Source of the DNA: the human T2T-CHM13v2.0 reference genome, Homo sapiens
NCBI RefSeq assembly: GCF_009914755.1
Contig: NC_060943.1
Reading direction: 5' to 3' (one strand)
DNA length: 64,000 nucleotides
A program made the position numbers and the translations under genes. The first letter of the stretch is position 1. Each line of letters starts with the position of its first letter. The notes under the pieces were generated by a model. The model had not been told where the DNA came from. It searched no databases and worked only from the letters and a program-made list of their open reading frames with translations. Below are positions 40,470 through 61,050 of the stretch, piece after piece.

Positions 40470-40760
40470 GCCAGGCGTGGTGGCTCATGCCTGTAATCCC
40501 AGCACTTTGGGAGGCTGAGGCAGGTGGATTACCTGAAGTCGGGAGTTTGAGACCAGCCTGGCCAACATGGTGAAACCCCATCTCTACAAAAATACATAAA
40601 TTAGCCAGGCGTGGTGGTGCACACCTGTAATCTGAGCCACTAGAGAGCAGAATCGCTTGAGGCAAGGCGGAGGTTGCAGTAAGCCAAGATTGCGCCATTG
40701 CACTCCAGCCAGGGTGACAAGAGTGAAACTCGTTGTCAAATACAAATAAATAAATAAATA
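40470..40760 (+). mobile_element. AluS
   Basis: TSD-like agatttaaagaa. Confidence 0.9.
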
Positions 40761-40785
40761 GATTTAAAGAACAACTGAAGATAAC

Positions 40786-41154
40786 CCAAAATCCAAAATC
40801 TTAAATGCTCCAAAATTTCCTGGCCCGAAAATCCAAAATCCTAAATGCTCCAAAATTCAACTTTTTGAGCGCCGACATGATAGCAGTGGAAGAAAATTCC
40901 ATTCCTGACCTCTTGTGACAGGTCACAGTCAGTGCGGTGAAAACCTTGTTTCCCGCACAATATTACTGAAAATATTGTATAGAATTACCTCCAGGCTATG
41001 TGTATAAGATGTACATGAAACATAAATGAATTTAACGTTTAGACCTCGTTCTCAGCCCCACAGTATCTCATTACATATACGCACATATTCTAAAATCCCA
41101 AGTGGGAAACACTTCTGGTCCCAAGCATTTTGAATAAGGGATACTGAACCTGTA
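40786..41154 (+). mobile_element. Tigger4a/MER46A (TcMar-Tigger)
   Basis: aaatgctccaaaat...ctttttgagcgccgacatga...acacttctggtcccaagcattt...agggatactgaacctgta. Confidence 0.8.
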
Positions 41155-41339
41155 TCTGGCATTGACGTGTGTACAAGGTTATGTGTCAAAATACATGCAG
41201 GGCTGGAAGTTTATGTACCAAACCTAAGAGAGTTGTTACCTCTGGGAAGAAGGGAGGAGAATATAGCAAGGGAAGATGACAAAGAGAACTCCAACTGTAT
41301 CTTACATTTTATTACTTTCACTTATTCACTTTTTATTTT

Positions 41340-42010
<671 letters not shown>

Positions 42011-42045
42011 CCTAAACTCATTAAATTTAAAAAAGAAGAAAACAA

Positions 42046-42918
42046 GCCAGGCACAGTGGCTCATGCCTGTGCACTCTGGAAGGCCGCAGTAGGAGGATCA
42101 CTGGACGTCAGGAGTTCGGGACTGGCCAACATGGTGAAACCCCGTCTCTACTAAAAGTACAAAAATTAGCCAGGTATGGTGGTATGCACCTGTAATCCCA
42201 GCTGCTTAGGAGGCTTAGGCAGGAGAATTGCTTTGAACTCAGGAGGCAGAAATTGCAGTGAGCCAAGATCATGCCACTGCACTCTAGCCTGGGTGACAGA
42301 GTGAGACTCTTGTCTCAAAAAAAAAAAAAGAAGAAGGAGGAGGAGAAGGAGAAGGAAAAGGAGAAAGAGAAGGAGAAGGAGGCAAGCCAGATGTGGTGGT
42401 GTGTTCCTGTAGCCCCAGCTACTTGGGAGGCTGAAGCTTGAGGATCCCTTTAGCCCAGGAGTTTGAGGCTGTGGTGTACTATGGCTGTTTCTGAATAGCC
42501 ACTGTACTGGGCAACATGGTACACATCTTTTTAAACATTCTTTCTAAAAACAGCAAATTTCATTTTATGTGTGACTTTTACTATAAATAAAAATGTTTTT
42601 AAAATAATAAAAGTTCAGCCGGGTGTGGTGGCTCATGCCTGTATTCCCAGCATTTGAAAGGCTGAGGAGGAGGGCAGATCACTTGAGGTCAGGAGTTCGA
42701 GACCAGCCTGGCCAACATGGTGAAACCCCGTCTCTACTAAAAACACAAAAATTAGCCAGGTGTGGTGTGGGCGCCTGTAATCCCAGCTACTCAGGAGGCT
42801 GAGACAAGAGAATTGCTTGAACCCGGGAGGTGGAGGTTACAGTGAGCCAAGATCGCACCACTGCTCTCCAGCCTGGGTGACACAGCGAGACTGCCTCAAA
42901 AAAAAAAAAAAAAAAAAA
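42046..42918 (+). mobile_element. AluS (42046-42330), Alu monomer (42385-42525), AluS (42618-42918)
   Basis: Sense Alu cluster. Confidence 0.88.
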
Positions 42919-43362
42919 CAGCTACAACTCTGCAACTCTGGTGTAATATCATGAAACCAAAAATATTTGCATGTTGTGTACCACAGAAGCTATTTATAAA
43001 TGAAAATTTTGGCCTAAAAAAAAAGAAAGAAAAGGAATCCAAATCAGAACTCCTCTAAAAAAGCAGTACCCTGTTTTCAGTGTTGGGCTACTGCTAAAGC
43101 AGAGAAAAATGAGGTTTTGGGAAGCGGGACAGATTCTTAGAGCCATGTTAGCAAAATTACCAAACCCCATCCCCCCAACACAGACACACACACCACTCTT
43201 AGTCTTGAACAATAAAGACATACAAGGAGCACAGACTCCAGATGGCAGACTAAAAAAACATTATTAGATTTCCAATGAAAACTTTTGCTGTAGTGGTTCT
43301 AACGTGACACAGCCCTACAAAAATAAAGATGAATCACGGCCCATTTCGAAGGAGAGGTCTGA

Positions 43363-43767
<405 letters not shown>

Positions 43768-43874
43768 TAAAATTTGTCAATGAATACTCAGTTACCTGCT
43801 ATTTCATTTTATGTGGCTAGAACACAATAAATAATCCAAACTGATGAAGACATTGCAAAATAAAACCAACCAAA

Positions 43875-44714
<840 letters not shown>

Positions 44715-44800
44715 GATTTGAGCAAATGGAAAAGGAGATCCCATACCTGCCCGGAAAGGAAAAATACGAAAGTATTGATTTCTTAATTTATGGATTTTAA

Positions 44801-45036
44801 CCCATTTTTCCATTTGTCCCAAGAATAATCTATTCTCTAATCCTAATGTAACATTATAGACATTTCTGTTACATTAAGATTAGAGACAAGTTCTGTTTAG
44901 AAATAACTCCAAGAACCGTTTTATATTTTCTCATATTGAAAATCAGTCAGATTTGCTTCAGCCTCAAAGAACATGTTTATGTAAAATTAAAGGAGTGCTG
45001 GCAGCGAGCTGCACTTTTTTTCCTCTGGGAAATGGG
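44801..45036 (+). mobile_element. MER75B-like piggyBac MITE
   Basis: TTAA|CCC...GGG|TTAT ends; body gttctgtttagaaataactccaagaac...gcttcagcctcaaag; internal 20-bp inverted repeat. Confidence 0.85.
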
Positions 45037-45052
45037 TTATGTTTTTAATTAA

Positions 45053-45402
<350 letters not shown>

Positions 45403-45526
45403 CTCAATGGGTTTTATATGAGAGTGAGAGGAGGGAAATATTTAGTTCAACCAGAAAAGGAAACACTCTTCTAAAAGGTGTAATAGGGAAAAAACTAGAT
45501 TTGCCACTTTATAAAGCATGTTCTTA

Positions 45527-45955
<429 letters not shown>

Positions 45956-46319
45956 TAAAAAAACACATATTCTAAATCTATAAACAGTATGGTACTGGGA
46001 TAAGATTAAGACACAGAGGACTTGAAATAGAATTGATATCCCAAAAGCAAATTCATGGTTTTGGTTGAATTTAATACCTGATGAAGAAAACATCAAGAAT
46101 TACTGGGGAAGGAATTGGTTATTCAACAAGTGGAATTCATAAAGTTAAATTCCTACTCAAAAAAAAATCATTTAATGTCCTCAGTCACACCATACACAGT
46201 CCTGATGTCCAATTGAGCTCCAAATTCTGATTAAAATGTTATTGTACTCATGAACCTAAAATAAGAGGTTTTTAAAAAAATGTTTTATGAGCCCCACTGT
46301 TTCCCACTCCAGGGTTCTT

Positions 46320-46817
46320 TGGCAGATGGCAAACAGGGCCACAAATTCTTCCTCTTCCATCAACAGGTAAAGACTATATTCTCCCTTTCCCTCCCAGCTC
46401 ACCTTAGCCAATGGGATGTTAGCACACAAGATGCAAACAGAAACTCAAAAGGCACTTTTGTACTGGAAATTGATCTCTTGCCACTCTTGGAACGCTGAGA
46501 CTATCATGTAATCTAAGCCCAAACTAGCCAACTGGAGGATGAGCAGCTACAGGGAAGAAAACCAAGGCCTCCCAGCTGACAGCCAGCACCAACCACCAGA
46601 CATGTGAGTGAGGCCATGCTAGACCATCCAGCTACCAGACAACCCACTGGTTGATCCCAGACATGAGAGAGAAAAGAGCCTGTGTTTGTGGTCAGCTGGT
46701 GGGTCTAAACAAGAAAACTTGCCCAGCGACCCAAAGAATCATGAGCTAAGTACATGATTGTTGATTAAGCCATTACGTTTCAGAGTAGTTTGTTACACAG
46801 CAAAAGTTAGCTGATAA
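46320..46817 (+). mobile_element. MLT1G/H-like MaLR LTR
   Basis: gccaatgggatgttagca...cagacatgtgagtgaggccat...ttaagccatt...tttgttacacagcaa. Confidence 0.75.
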
Positions 46818-47240
46818 AAGTTCCATGATTGAACGTGGATACAACAAGTTCCCAGTTTTATGTTTCAGGGTGGTTTGTTACACAGCAAAACTAGCTGATA
46901 CAAGCTCCATGATTGAACTTGGATACAACAAGTTCTAAGTTCTATGTTTCAGGGTGGTTTGTTACACAGCAAAAATTAGCTGATACAAACTCCATGACTG
47001 AACTTGGATACAACAAGTTCCAAGTTGTATGTTTCAGGGTGGTTTGTTACACAGCAAAAGCTAGCTGATACAAGCTCCATGAATGAACTTGGATACAAGT
47101 TCCTAGTTCTATGTTTCAGAGTGGTTTGCTACACAGGAAAAGCTAGCTGATACAAGCTCCATGATTAAACTTGAATATAAATTCCAAGGTCTGTGTTTCA
47201 GAGTGGTTTGCTACACAGCAAAAGCTAGCTGATTCAAGCT
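46777..47240 (+). repeat. Minisatellite, 82-85-bp unit, about 5.5 copies
   Basis: Units start at 46777, 46862, 46946, 47031, 47113 and 47195. Confidence 0.95.
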
Positions 47241-47964
47241 GAGAGCCCTGTGTTGCCCCAGTTAACACACTGCCCCCACCTCATGGCTTAAGTGAATCCA
47301 AATAGATTCCCATTACTGGCATTCATGTGTTGACTGAGACACTCAGTGCTGAGCCAGGAAGACAAACTCAGGCTGGGGTTCTCTCCCACGGCCCCTTCCC
47401 CATCCTTAATCCACTTCCTCCAAACCCACACCCATTTTACTCCACTTAAGCTGCAATGCACTGTTCTCTGTTCCCAGAGAGGAGAAGCCAGGAAGGAGCT
47501 GACACATTCCTCATTCTTGGTGACCCACAGACAAGACACTCTGAGCCCCGGTCAACACACCTACTCCTTCCTTGTTCCTCTTCTCGATTAGATGTACCTA
47601 TAATAGCCTCTTTGTTGTGATCAACTTTCCCAAGCCACTCCTTCCTCTCTATTCCAGGGACTCTCAAGGGGTGGAGAGGTTGAAAAAACATTCAACGGTA
47701 TATTTTATATTTAGAGGAAAAAAGAACAAACTCCAAGTAGGGAAGAGGAACTGGATTTTTATTTTTATCGAAAGAGGGGATATACCAGTTCAAAGCTGAG
47801 GAAAACCTTGGAGACTGGTTCCCTTATCATGTCCTCATGATAGAAGAAAAAACAGACATTCAGAAAAGCTAGACAATTTGCCCAAGGTCACAAAACAGAT
47901 ATAGGCTTCAAATGCAGGCCTGTCTGACTCCAGAACAATCTTTCATCATGGAATGAAAAGTTCT

Positions 47965-48135
47965 AAGGCAGAGGTACCCAATACAAGTTTTTGCAGTGAT
48001 AGCAACATTGTCTGTCTGCATTGTCTAAATATGGTGAGTACAACTGAGGGACAAATATCTAATTTTAATGAATTTCTACTTAAATTGCCACATGTGGCTG
48101 TGGCTGGCAGAGCTACCTTAGTGGACAGCGTCATT
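47965..48135 (+). mobile_element. MER3-like fossil
   Basis: ttttgcagtgat...gccacatgtggctgtggc...gtggacagc. Confidence 0.6.
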
Positions 48136-48149
48136 CTAGAATTTCACTA

Positions 48150-48677
<528 letters not shown>

Positions 48678-48922
48678 CATGACCCTCAACATACATACCC
48701 ACCCACCCAGAAGAAGTGGCAACTGAAAGATTTCAGAAAGACTTTAAGGGACAAATAGCATGAGGAAAATGAAGTTATGAGTAAACCTGGGAAAGCCCTT
48801 CATAAATATTCTAATGTCCTCTAAAATACAGTAGACAACCCACGCCATTCGACACTTAACTGAGTTAGCAAGAACAAGTTCTGAAGAATGGATTATCCTG
48901 GACTATTCCCGGTTGGCCAGAA

Positions 48923-49226
48923 TTTTTTTTTTTTTTTTTTTTTTTTTGAGACGGAGTCTCACTCTGTTGCCCAGGCTGGAGTGCAGTGGCGTGATCTTGG
49001 CTCACTGCAAACTCTGCCTCCCAGGTTCAAGCGATGGTCTCCTGCCTCAGCCTCCCACGTAGCTGGGACTACAGGCATGCGCCACCACGCCCAGCTAATT
49101 AAGTACTTTTAGTAGAGACAGGGTTTCTCCATGTTGATCAGGCTGGTCTCGAACTCCCCACCTCAGATGATCCGCCCACCTCGGCCTCCCAAAATGCTGG
49201 GATTACAGGCGTGAGTTACTGCGCCC
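48923..49226 (-). mobile_element. AluS
   Basis: Antisense Alu with long T tail. Confidence 0.92.
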
Positions 49227-49749
49227 ATGTCCCCCAGTATCTTTTGAAGCCATCCTTTCAAAACTAAAAGTCTGTGAAGAATTACACTTTCCTCTGAACT
49301 ACATTGACAAATTTAAGACCATCCTCTAACTTTTTTCCTGCATCAAATTCATCCTTCCCTGGGAACCTCTTTCCTTTCAGAGGTTCAGCTATCGCTCTCC
49401 CCGTGACATCTGTGATGACATCTTCTGCCCATTCCATCTTCTTTACCACCAGGAATCCTAAGGTAAACCTCTTGCTTTTTTTCTCACCCCAGTAAAATTC
49501 CTTTGCAAATAACCTTCATACCTTTCTCGCTTATAAAAATAATTTTCTTAGCAAAACTTGCCTTCGTCAAGAACACAAAGTTTTGTTATGAAGTTCGGTC
49601 TGTGCCCTGTTTGTCAGACACTAAAAAAAGGGAGGCCCGTCGGCACCGTTTTACCGCAGAACCGAATTCCCAGATGGAACCCCATATAGCTTTATCACTC
49701 AAGTATGGATCTCTAGACAAATATTTAGTCTGGCCCATTTTTAAAAAAT

Positions 49750-50328
<579 letters not shown>

Positions 50329-50333
<5 letters not shown>

Positions 50334-50806
50334 AAAAGAAAGAAAGAAAAGAGAGGGAAAGGAAAGGAAAGGAGAAAAGAAAGAGAGAGGGAGGGAAAAG
50401 AAGGAAAGGAAGAAAAGGGAAGAGAGGGGATGGGAAGGAGGAGAGGGGAAGGAGGGGAGGAGAAGAAGGGGAGGGGAGGGGAGAAAAATGAAAGGAAGAG
50501 AGAGAAAAAGAAAGAGGAGGGAGAAAGGGAAAGAGGAAGGAGGAGGGAGAGAGGAAGGGAGAGAAGGAAGGGAGGTAAGAAATAAAAAGAAAGCAAGGAA
50601 GAAAGAAGAAAAGAAAGAAGAAAGAAAAGGAAGAAAAGAAAGAAAGAAAAGAAAGAGAAGGAAGGAAGGAAAGAGAGAAGGATAAAGGGAGGAAGGGAGA
50701 GGGAGGGAGAGAAGGAAGGAAGGGAGGAAATAAAGAAAAAGGAAGGAAGGAGGGAGGGAAGGAAGGAAGGAGAGGAGGGAGGGAGGGAGGGCAGGGAGGA
50801 AGAAGA
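50329..50806 (+). repeat. About 480-bp polypurine (GA-rich) repeat
   Basis: Near-pure A/G tract. Confidence 0.93.
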
Positions 50807-51174
50807 TGAGAGTTCGGGCAACCGTGTTTAAAAAACGGTGTGTTTTTCTTTAAAACAAAAGAAAAAGAAAAAAAATCAAAGAACACACCACCACTCAGAG
50901 CCATGTGCAAACGAACAGCATCAAGCATGGTCGCCTTTGAAAACAGCTGACTGCAGAGAGTGCTGAAATGGTACTTGTTAAATAAAGTCAGTCCAAGAGG
51001 TAGAACCTGAGTGTGACCCTAGCTCTGAGTCTGGAGCTCAGAGGGGCAAGCAGAACTGTCCCAGGAACGTACGATCAGCAACACTCAGACTGGGGACTGC
51101 ACCCCAAGCCAGAAAGCCCAGCTCTTCAACAGAGAGAAGGTAAAAGGAAAGGGATGGAGGGAGAACCTGTGGAC

Positions 51175-51400
51175 CAGGCTTTCTGCCCCTCAGCACTATT
51201 GACATTTGGGGCTGGATCATTCTTTGTGGCTGGGCTGTCTCTGCATTGCAGGACGTTGAACAGCATCCCTGGCCTCCATCTGCTCAATGAAAGCAGTACA
51301 CACACATTCCCTGGAGTTGTGACAACCAAAAAATATCTCCAGACATTGCCAAATGTCCCCTGGGAGACAAAAAAAATCACCCTCAGTTCAAAACCACTGC
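51175..51400 (-). mobile_element. MER20
   Basis: ctcagcactattgacatttggggctgga...gtgacaaccaaaaaatatctccagacattgccaaatgtcccctggg. Confidence 0.85.
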
Positions 51401-51442
51401 TAGAGACCCAAACAAACACATCAATTTATTTTATTGTGTTAA

Positions 51443-52160
<718 letters not shown>

Positions 52161-52163
52161 ATA

Positions 52164-52592
<429 letters not shown>

Positions 52593-53006
52593 TTAAAGAA
52601 AAGGAATCTTGACCACTTTGGATCAAACCCGTCTGCTAGGTTAGTCAATTTATTTGCAAATGAGGAAACTCTTAACATCATCACCACCAATGAGGCAGCC
52701 TGGGACAAGAGCCTTGTTCACCAGCCGACGGGCTTTGCAGGTGGTCAGTAAACAACGCCGTGCTTCGCACACCGCGTGTGGACATGACTAGCTGCCAGCG
52801 CTTTAAAGCCCATCCTTATCAGACCTCCGAGTAAAAATGTTTTCCTTCCCCAGGTAAGCCCTTGGAAACACTCGGTAATAAAGCCTATTAAACAACCATT
52901 CTTTCTGGGCTACACTCAATAAGCCATGGAGTCATCAAAGATCCAAGACCCTCCTCGCCTGGGACAAAACGAGAGGCAAAGAAACTTCTAGGATAAAGAA
53001 GCCACA

Positions 53007-53333
<327 letters not shown>

Positions 53334-53389
53334 CTAGGTAGGTACTTGACAATGGTGGGCTTCACCTACCACATGCCCTACAGTGTAAT

Positions 53390-53704
<315 letters not shown>

Positions 53705-53921
53705 CCTCCAGTGCAAATTTGATGATCATGCTAAGTCCAGTGTGTTGAAAGACTTTGGTCCACTTCCCAAACCTGTGATTGGAGGAAGGTGGCCCAATCT
53801 GCAGCCACTCCTCGGGCCCCAGGATGATAGGTAACCAGGGAGCAGAGGAGAGCAATGCTTTCAACACTTTCTTGTTTGCTTCCCACTCTTGACATCATTT
53901 ATGTTTAAAAATGAGCAAACG

Positions 53922-54809
<888 letters not shown>

Positions 54810-55553
54810 TCACCTCCTTTTACTGGGAAATGCACGGTTCTGTCTGACACAGGCGCATTGAGAGAAACAGATCACAGAAGGACCTGGGCTGCCAGCCTGA
54901 CGCACAGGCGCTCGCTGACTTCCTTGGGTCCTCCCCGGGGCATTTCAGGTGTTCAGTCACAAAGAACAGATTTTAATTCTGACAAAGGGTCGGGTGACAT
55001 GGGAAGTAACCGGTCAGTGAGTATCAGGTAGGAGGAAGGAAAAGAAAAACTTGTCAGGCCAGTCACCAAGTTAGCAGACAGCCAAAGGGAAAGCCGCCTT
55101 TCCATTACGATGGATTTTAACTCTACCCGCCTTCTTCCCAAAAGGATTGGGCCAAAAGGTCAGTTTCAACTGATAGCCCTCAGCCTCCCCCGGCCCCCCT
55201 CCCCGGTCCCCGCACCCACCCGCTCCAGGAAGCCAGGCAATGGTGGGAATTGTAAATTCGTTATCTTCACCACTCAAGATTTAGACAGCATCATCTCTGG
55301 GGCAGCCAAGTGACCACACGGTCAACTGGTCTACCATCTTTCAGCGCAGCCTTGAACCCACCAAAACACTTTCTGCCCACCCATCAGCTTATCTAACCTG
55401 ATAGTTACTTTGACTTCCTCCCTGACTCAGCAAGGACTTCGGGGACGCAACAAAAAGCCTGGCTCAGCAAGGCTGTCCACTCAGTATTGGTGGAAACAGC
55501 CCCTCCTAAACACAGCCCCTGTGTGACCTTCATGACGGCATTGGAGCCCATAA

Positions 55554-56058
<505 letters not shown>

Positions 56059-56304
56059 TCATCTTCTTTCTTTGTGATCCTTGCCACCCAAACCAAAGCA
56101 CATCTCTGCCACTCCAATCTGGAACAATCTCTCCTCTTTTACAAAGGCCAACGGCAATTCATCTTCAACCCCCGGAAGAGGAGCCGGGAGCCCAGAAACA
56201 TACTCTCTAGGGTACTTGTTCTTTCCTGCTCTACAAAATCCAATCATCTCCAAAGTGAAAAGTTTGTTTAAAAAATTTCAATCAAATTTTTAAAATTTAT
56301 TTTA

Positions 56305-56932
<628 letters not shown>

Positions 56933-57038
56933 TGCCAATCATCTGAGTGAAAAATGAATTACAACTACTGTGGAATTTTTTTCAGTACAGTTTTTTTTGT
57001 TTGTTTCTCTCCTAGATTTTTTTTTTAAAGATCTTTGA

Positions 57039-57502
<464 letters not shown>

Positions 57503-57725
57503 TGACATCGCCACAAGGGAATTTATCAATATTCCCTGTTATCTAGAGAACATCATGATTTCCAGGTGCTCTGCTCCAAACACGTCTAGAAGCACGGGTT
57601 CGATGACTCACTCGAAGGGGAAAGGCGGGGTGGGAGGAGGGAGGAGGGTGGAGTGGGGGCCTTGCCTTGTACATATACTGCCCTCCTCCACCCAAACAGA
57701 GAGCTCCAAAAAAAAAAAAAAAAAA

Positions 57726-57784
57726 TGCTAATCATCTGAGTGAAAAATGAATTACAACTACTGTGGAATTTTTTTCAGTACAGT
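57726..57784 (+). repeat. 59-bp duplicate of 56933-56991
   Basis: 58/59 identical; both copies follow an A-run. Confidence 0.95.
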
Positions 57785-57798
57785 GCTCTACCCCACAT

Positions 57799-58312
<514 letters not shown>

Positions 58313-58329
58313 TGAAAAAGCATTCTTAA

Positions 58330-58613
58330 GCCAGGCAAGCACAGTGGCTCACGCCTATAGTCCCAGCACTTTGGGAGGCCAAGAAAGGAGGATTGCTTGA
58401 ACCCAATTGTTTGAGACCAGCCTGGGCAACATAGCAAGACCCCATCTCTACTAAAAAAATAAAAAGAAATTAGCTGGGCGTGGTGGTGCCTGCCTGTGGT
58501 TCCAGCTACTGAGGAGGCTGACTGAGGTGGCAGTGGCCTATGATCACCCCACTGCACTCCAGCCCAGGCGACAGAGTGAGACCCCATCTCTAAAAATAAA
58601 AATAAAATAAAAA
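58330..58613 (+). mobile_element. AluJ inside a MER58B-like 3' end (to about 58692)
   Basis: attcttagctc...ggatttggcccacaggtcgtagtttgctga follows the Alu. Confidence 0.8.
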
Positions 58614-58699
58614 ATTCTTAGCTCATAGGTCATACAAAAATAGCAGCTGGCGGACTGGATTTGGCCCACAGGTCGTAGTTTGCTGATCACTGGGCAAAG

Positions 58700-58990
58700 G
58701 CCTTACGTCAGACAAGTCTGAAGTCAAACCATTCCCCAGCTAGGTCTCCTAGAGCAAGTCTCATAATTCCTAGCCATGCCTCAGTTCCCTCTTCTGTAAA
58801 ATGAGGATAACAAACCCTCATAGGCTGTGATGGGATCCCCTAAGGCATTGCTTAGCACATAGTAAGTGCTCAGTAAACACTAGCTATTGATGAGTGTTAA
58901 GGATGTCATTGTCAACTGTGAGCCAGGTACTATGACAGGTGCTTGAGATACAACAAAGTCCCTGCCTTCAGGAGAGCTTAGTCTGATAGG
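58700..58990. mobile_element. MIR followed by an L2 fragment
   Basis: gcctcagttccctcttctgtaaaatgaggataa...catagtaagtgctcagtaaa; aaagtccctgccttcaggag. Confidence 0.65.
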
Positions 58991-59079
58991 AGAGGCCCTA
59001 AGTCAAGACAGAATGAGAAGGCTGATAAGAAGAGGCAACACACATGTTGGCAGGGGCAAATTCTAGATTTCCTCTCCAG

Positions 59080-59401
59080 TTTCTTTTCCTTCTTTCCTTC
59101 CTTCCTTCCCTCCTTCCTTTCCTTCTTCCTTCCTTCCTTCCCTCCTTCCTTTTTTTCTTTCCTCCTTCCTTCCTTCACTCCTTCTTTCATTTCTCCTTCC
59201 CTCCTTTCCTTCCCTCCTTCCTTCCTTTCTTTCTTCCTTCCTTTCTCCTTCCCTCCTTCTTTCCTTCCCGCCTTCCCTCCTTCCTTCCTTCCTTCTTTCC
59301 TTCCTTTCTTTCCTTTTATTTCTTCCCTCCTTCCTTTTTTCCTTCCTTTTCTTTTCTTTCTTCCCTCCTTCCTTCCTTCCCTCCTTCCTTCCTTTCTTTT
59401 T
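59080..59401 (+). repeat. (TTCC)n-type polypyrimidine repeat
   Basis: About 320-bp C/T tract. Confidence 0.93.
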
Positions 59402-59454
59402 ACAGTTTCCTGCATTTCACCAACTTCCCGCAATGACATCTATAAGACACAAAG

Positions 59455-59680
59455 GTAAAGAGCTTGGATTCTGAGCCAGAATCCCCAGCTTCAAATCCCA
59501 TCTCCACTACTTACTACCCATGTGTGTGGGGTGCGCGGCGGAAGGGGTGGGCGGGGCAGTGTTGGAAGTAGAAGTTGCTTAACCTCTCGAAGCCTTAGTG
59601 GTCTCAACAATAAATAAGATTGTTGGGAAGATGGGATGCAATATCCTAATCAAAGCACCCAGAACCACGGCTGGCATGAA
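59455..59680 (+). mobile_element. MIR with a G-rich interruption
   Basis: ttcaaatcccatctccactacttacta...gttgcttaacctctc. Confidence 0.6.
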
Positions 59681-59728
59681 ATCAGCATTTGCCACAAAGA
59701 CAATTCCGATTGTTAAAATACCAAGGCA

Positions 59729-60180
<452 letters not shown>

Positions 60181-60869
60181 TTAAAAACTAAATAAAAATG
60201 TAAAAAAATAAAATATCAAGGCAAACTTTTTAAATGGAAGAAGAAAAAGAAGCAGAGAGTTTCCATAGGCAGCTAAAAATTCTGCCAAAAATCAAACCCT
60301 CCAAGAGCATGCATTTAAACTCGTGCATTTAAATACGTGATATTTAATGTGGTAGGCACAATACCACACTTTGAGAGACTTTGACTCGGAGCTGTAATCT
60401 CAGACCCAGGGAGGAGGGATTTGCTGCTTTCAGCCTCCCCCTCCTGCTTTGGTGCCGACGTCCATATGTGGCATCTCGGGTTGGTTTCCCCTGGCACCCA
60501 GCATGTCCCGGCCTCACCCACCCCTCTGGCCGGCAGTGAGCAGCTGGGGTGACCTCCCAGAAAGAAAATGCCAGTGGGTTTGGCTAAAGCAGCTGGTCAG
60601 GCAAGCCCTGTGGCTTCTGGTCCCCTCAAAATGCCCAGAGCTGAGAATTTCCAGAGCATCCCATGCTGTTGGCACCCAAAAATCAGGGTGGTCTTCCCTC
60701 TGGGGCTGGAGGTGTGGCACCCATCCCTCATCAGCAGGTCGCAAGATACATGTTCCTCTGCCTGCCTCAAAACCAAAGTCAGAAATGAGGCTGAGCCCTG
60801 GTAGATATTCACCTGGAAGCTAGTCTGCCCAGATAGGGTGGGCCCATGGTGCTTACTTACTGGAAGCTT

Positions 60870-61050
60870 CCAGGACACTCACGGAGCACCTGAGGCTAGG
60901 TTAAGTGCCTCCCCCTGCACCATCTCATTCAACCCCCACACCACCACCCTAAGAAGCAGGTCCCATAATGACCCCCATTTTTCAGATGGAGAAACTGAGG
61001 CTTGAACCAGCTTGTGACCAGTCAATGGTAAAACGAGACTGGAAGCCGGT
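60870..61050 (-). mobile_element. MIR
   Basis: ccccatttttcagatggagaaactgaggct. Confidence 0.7.

Noticed and set aside
46777-47240. Regularly spaced repeats that resemble a CRISPR array
   Set aside because: The whole unit repeats with no unique spacers, the context is eukaryotic with no cas genes, and the unit derives from an LTR end.
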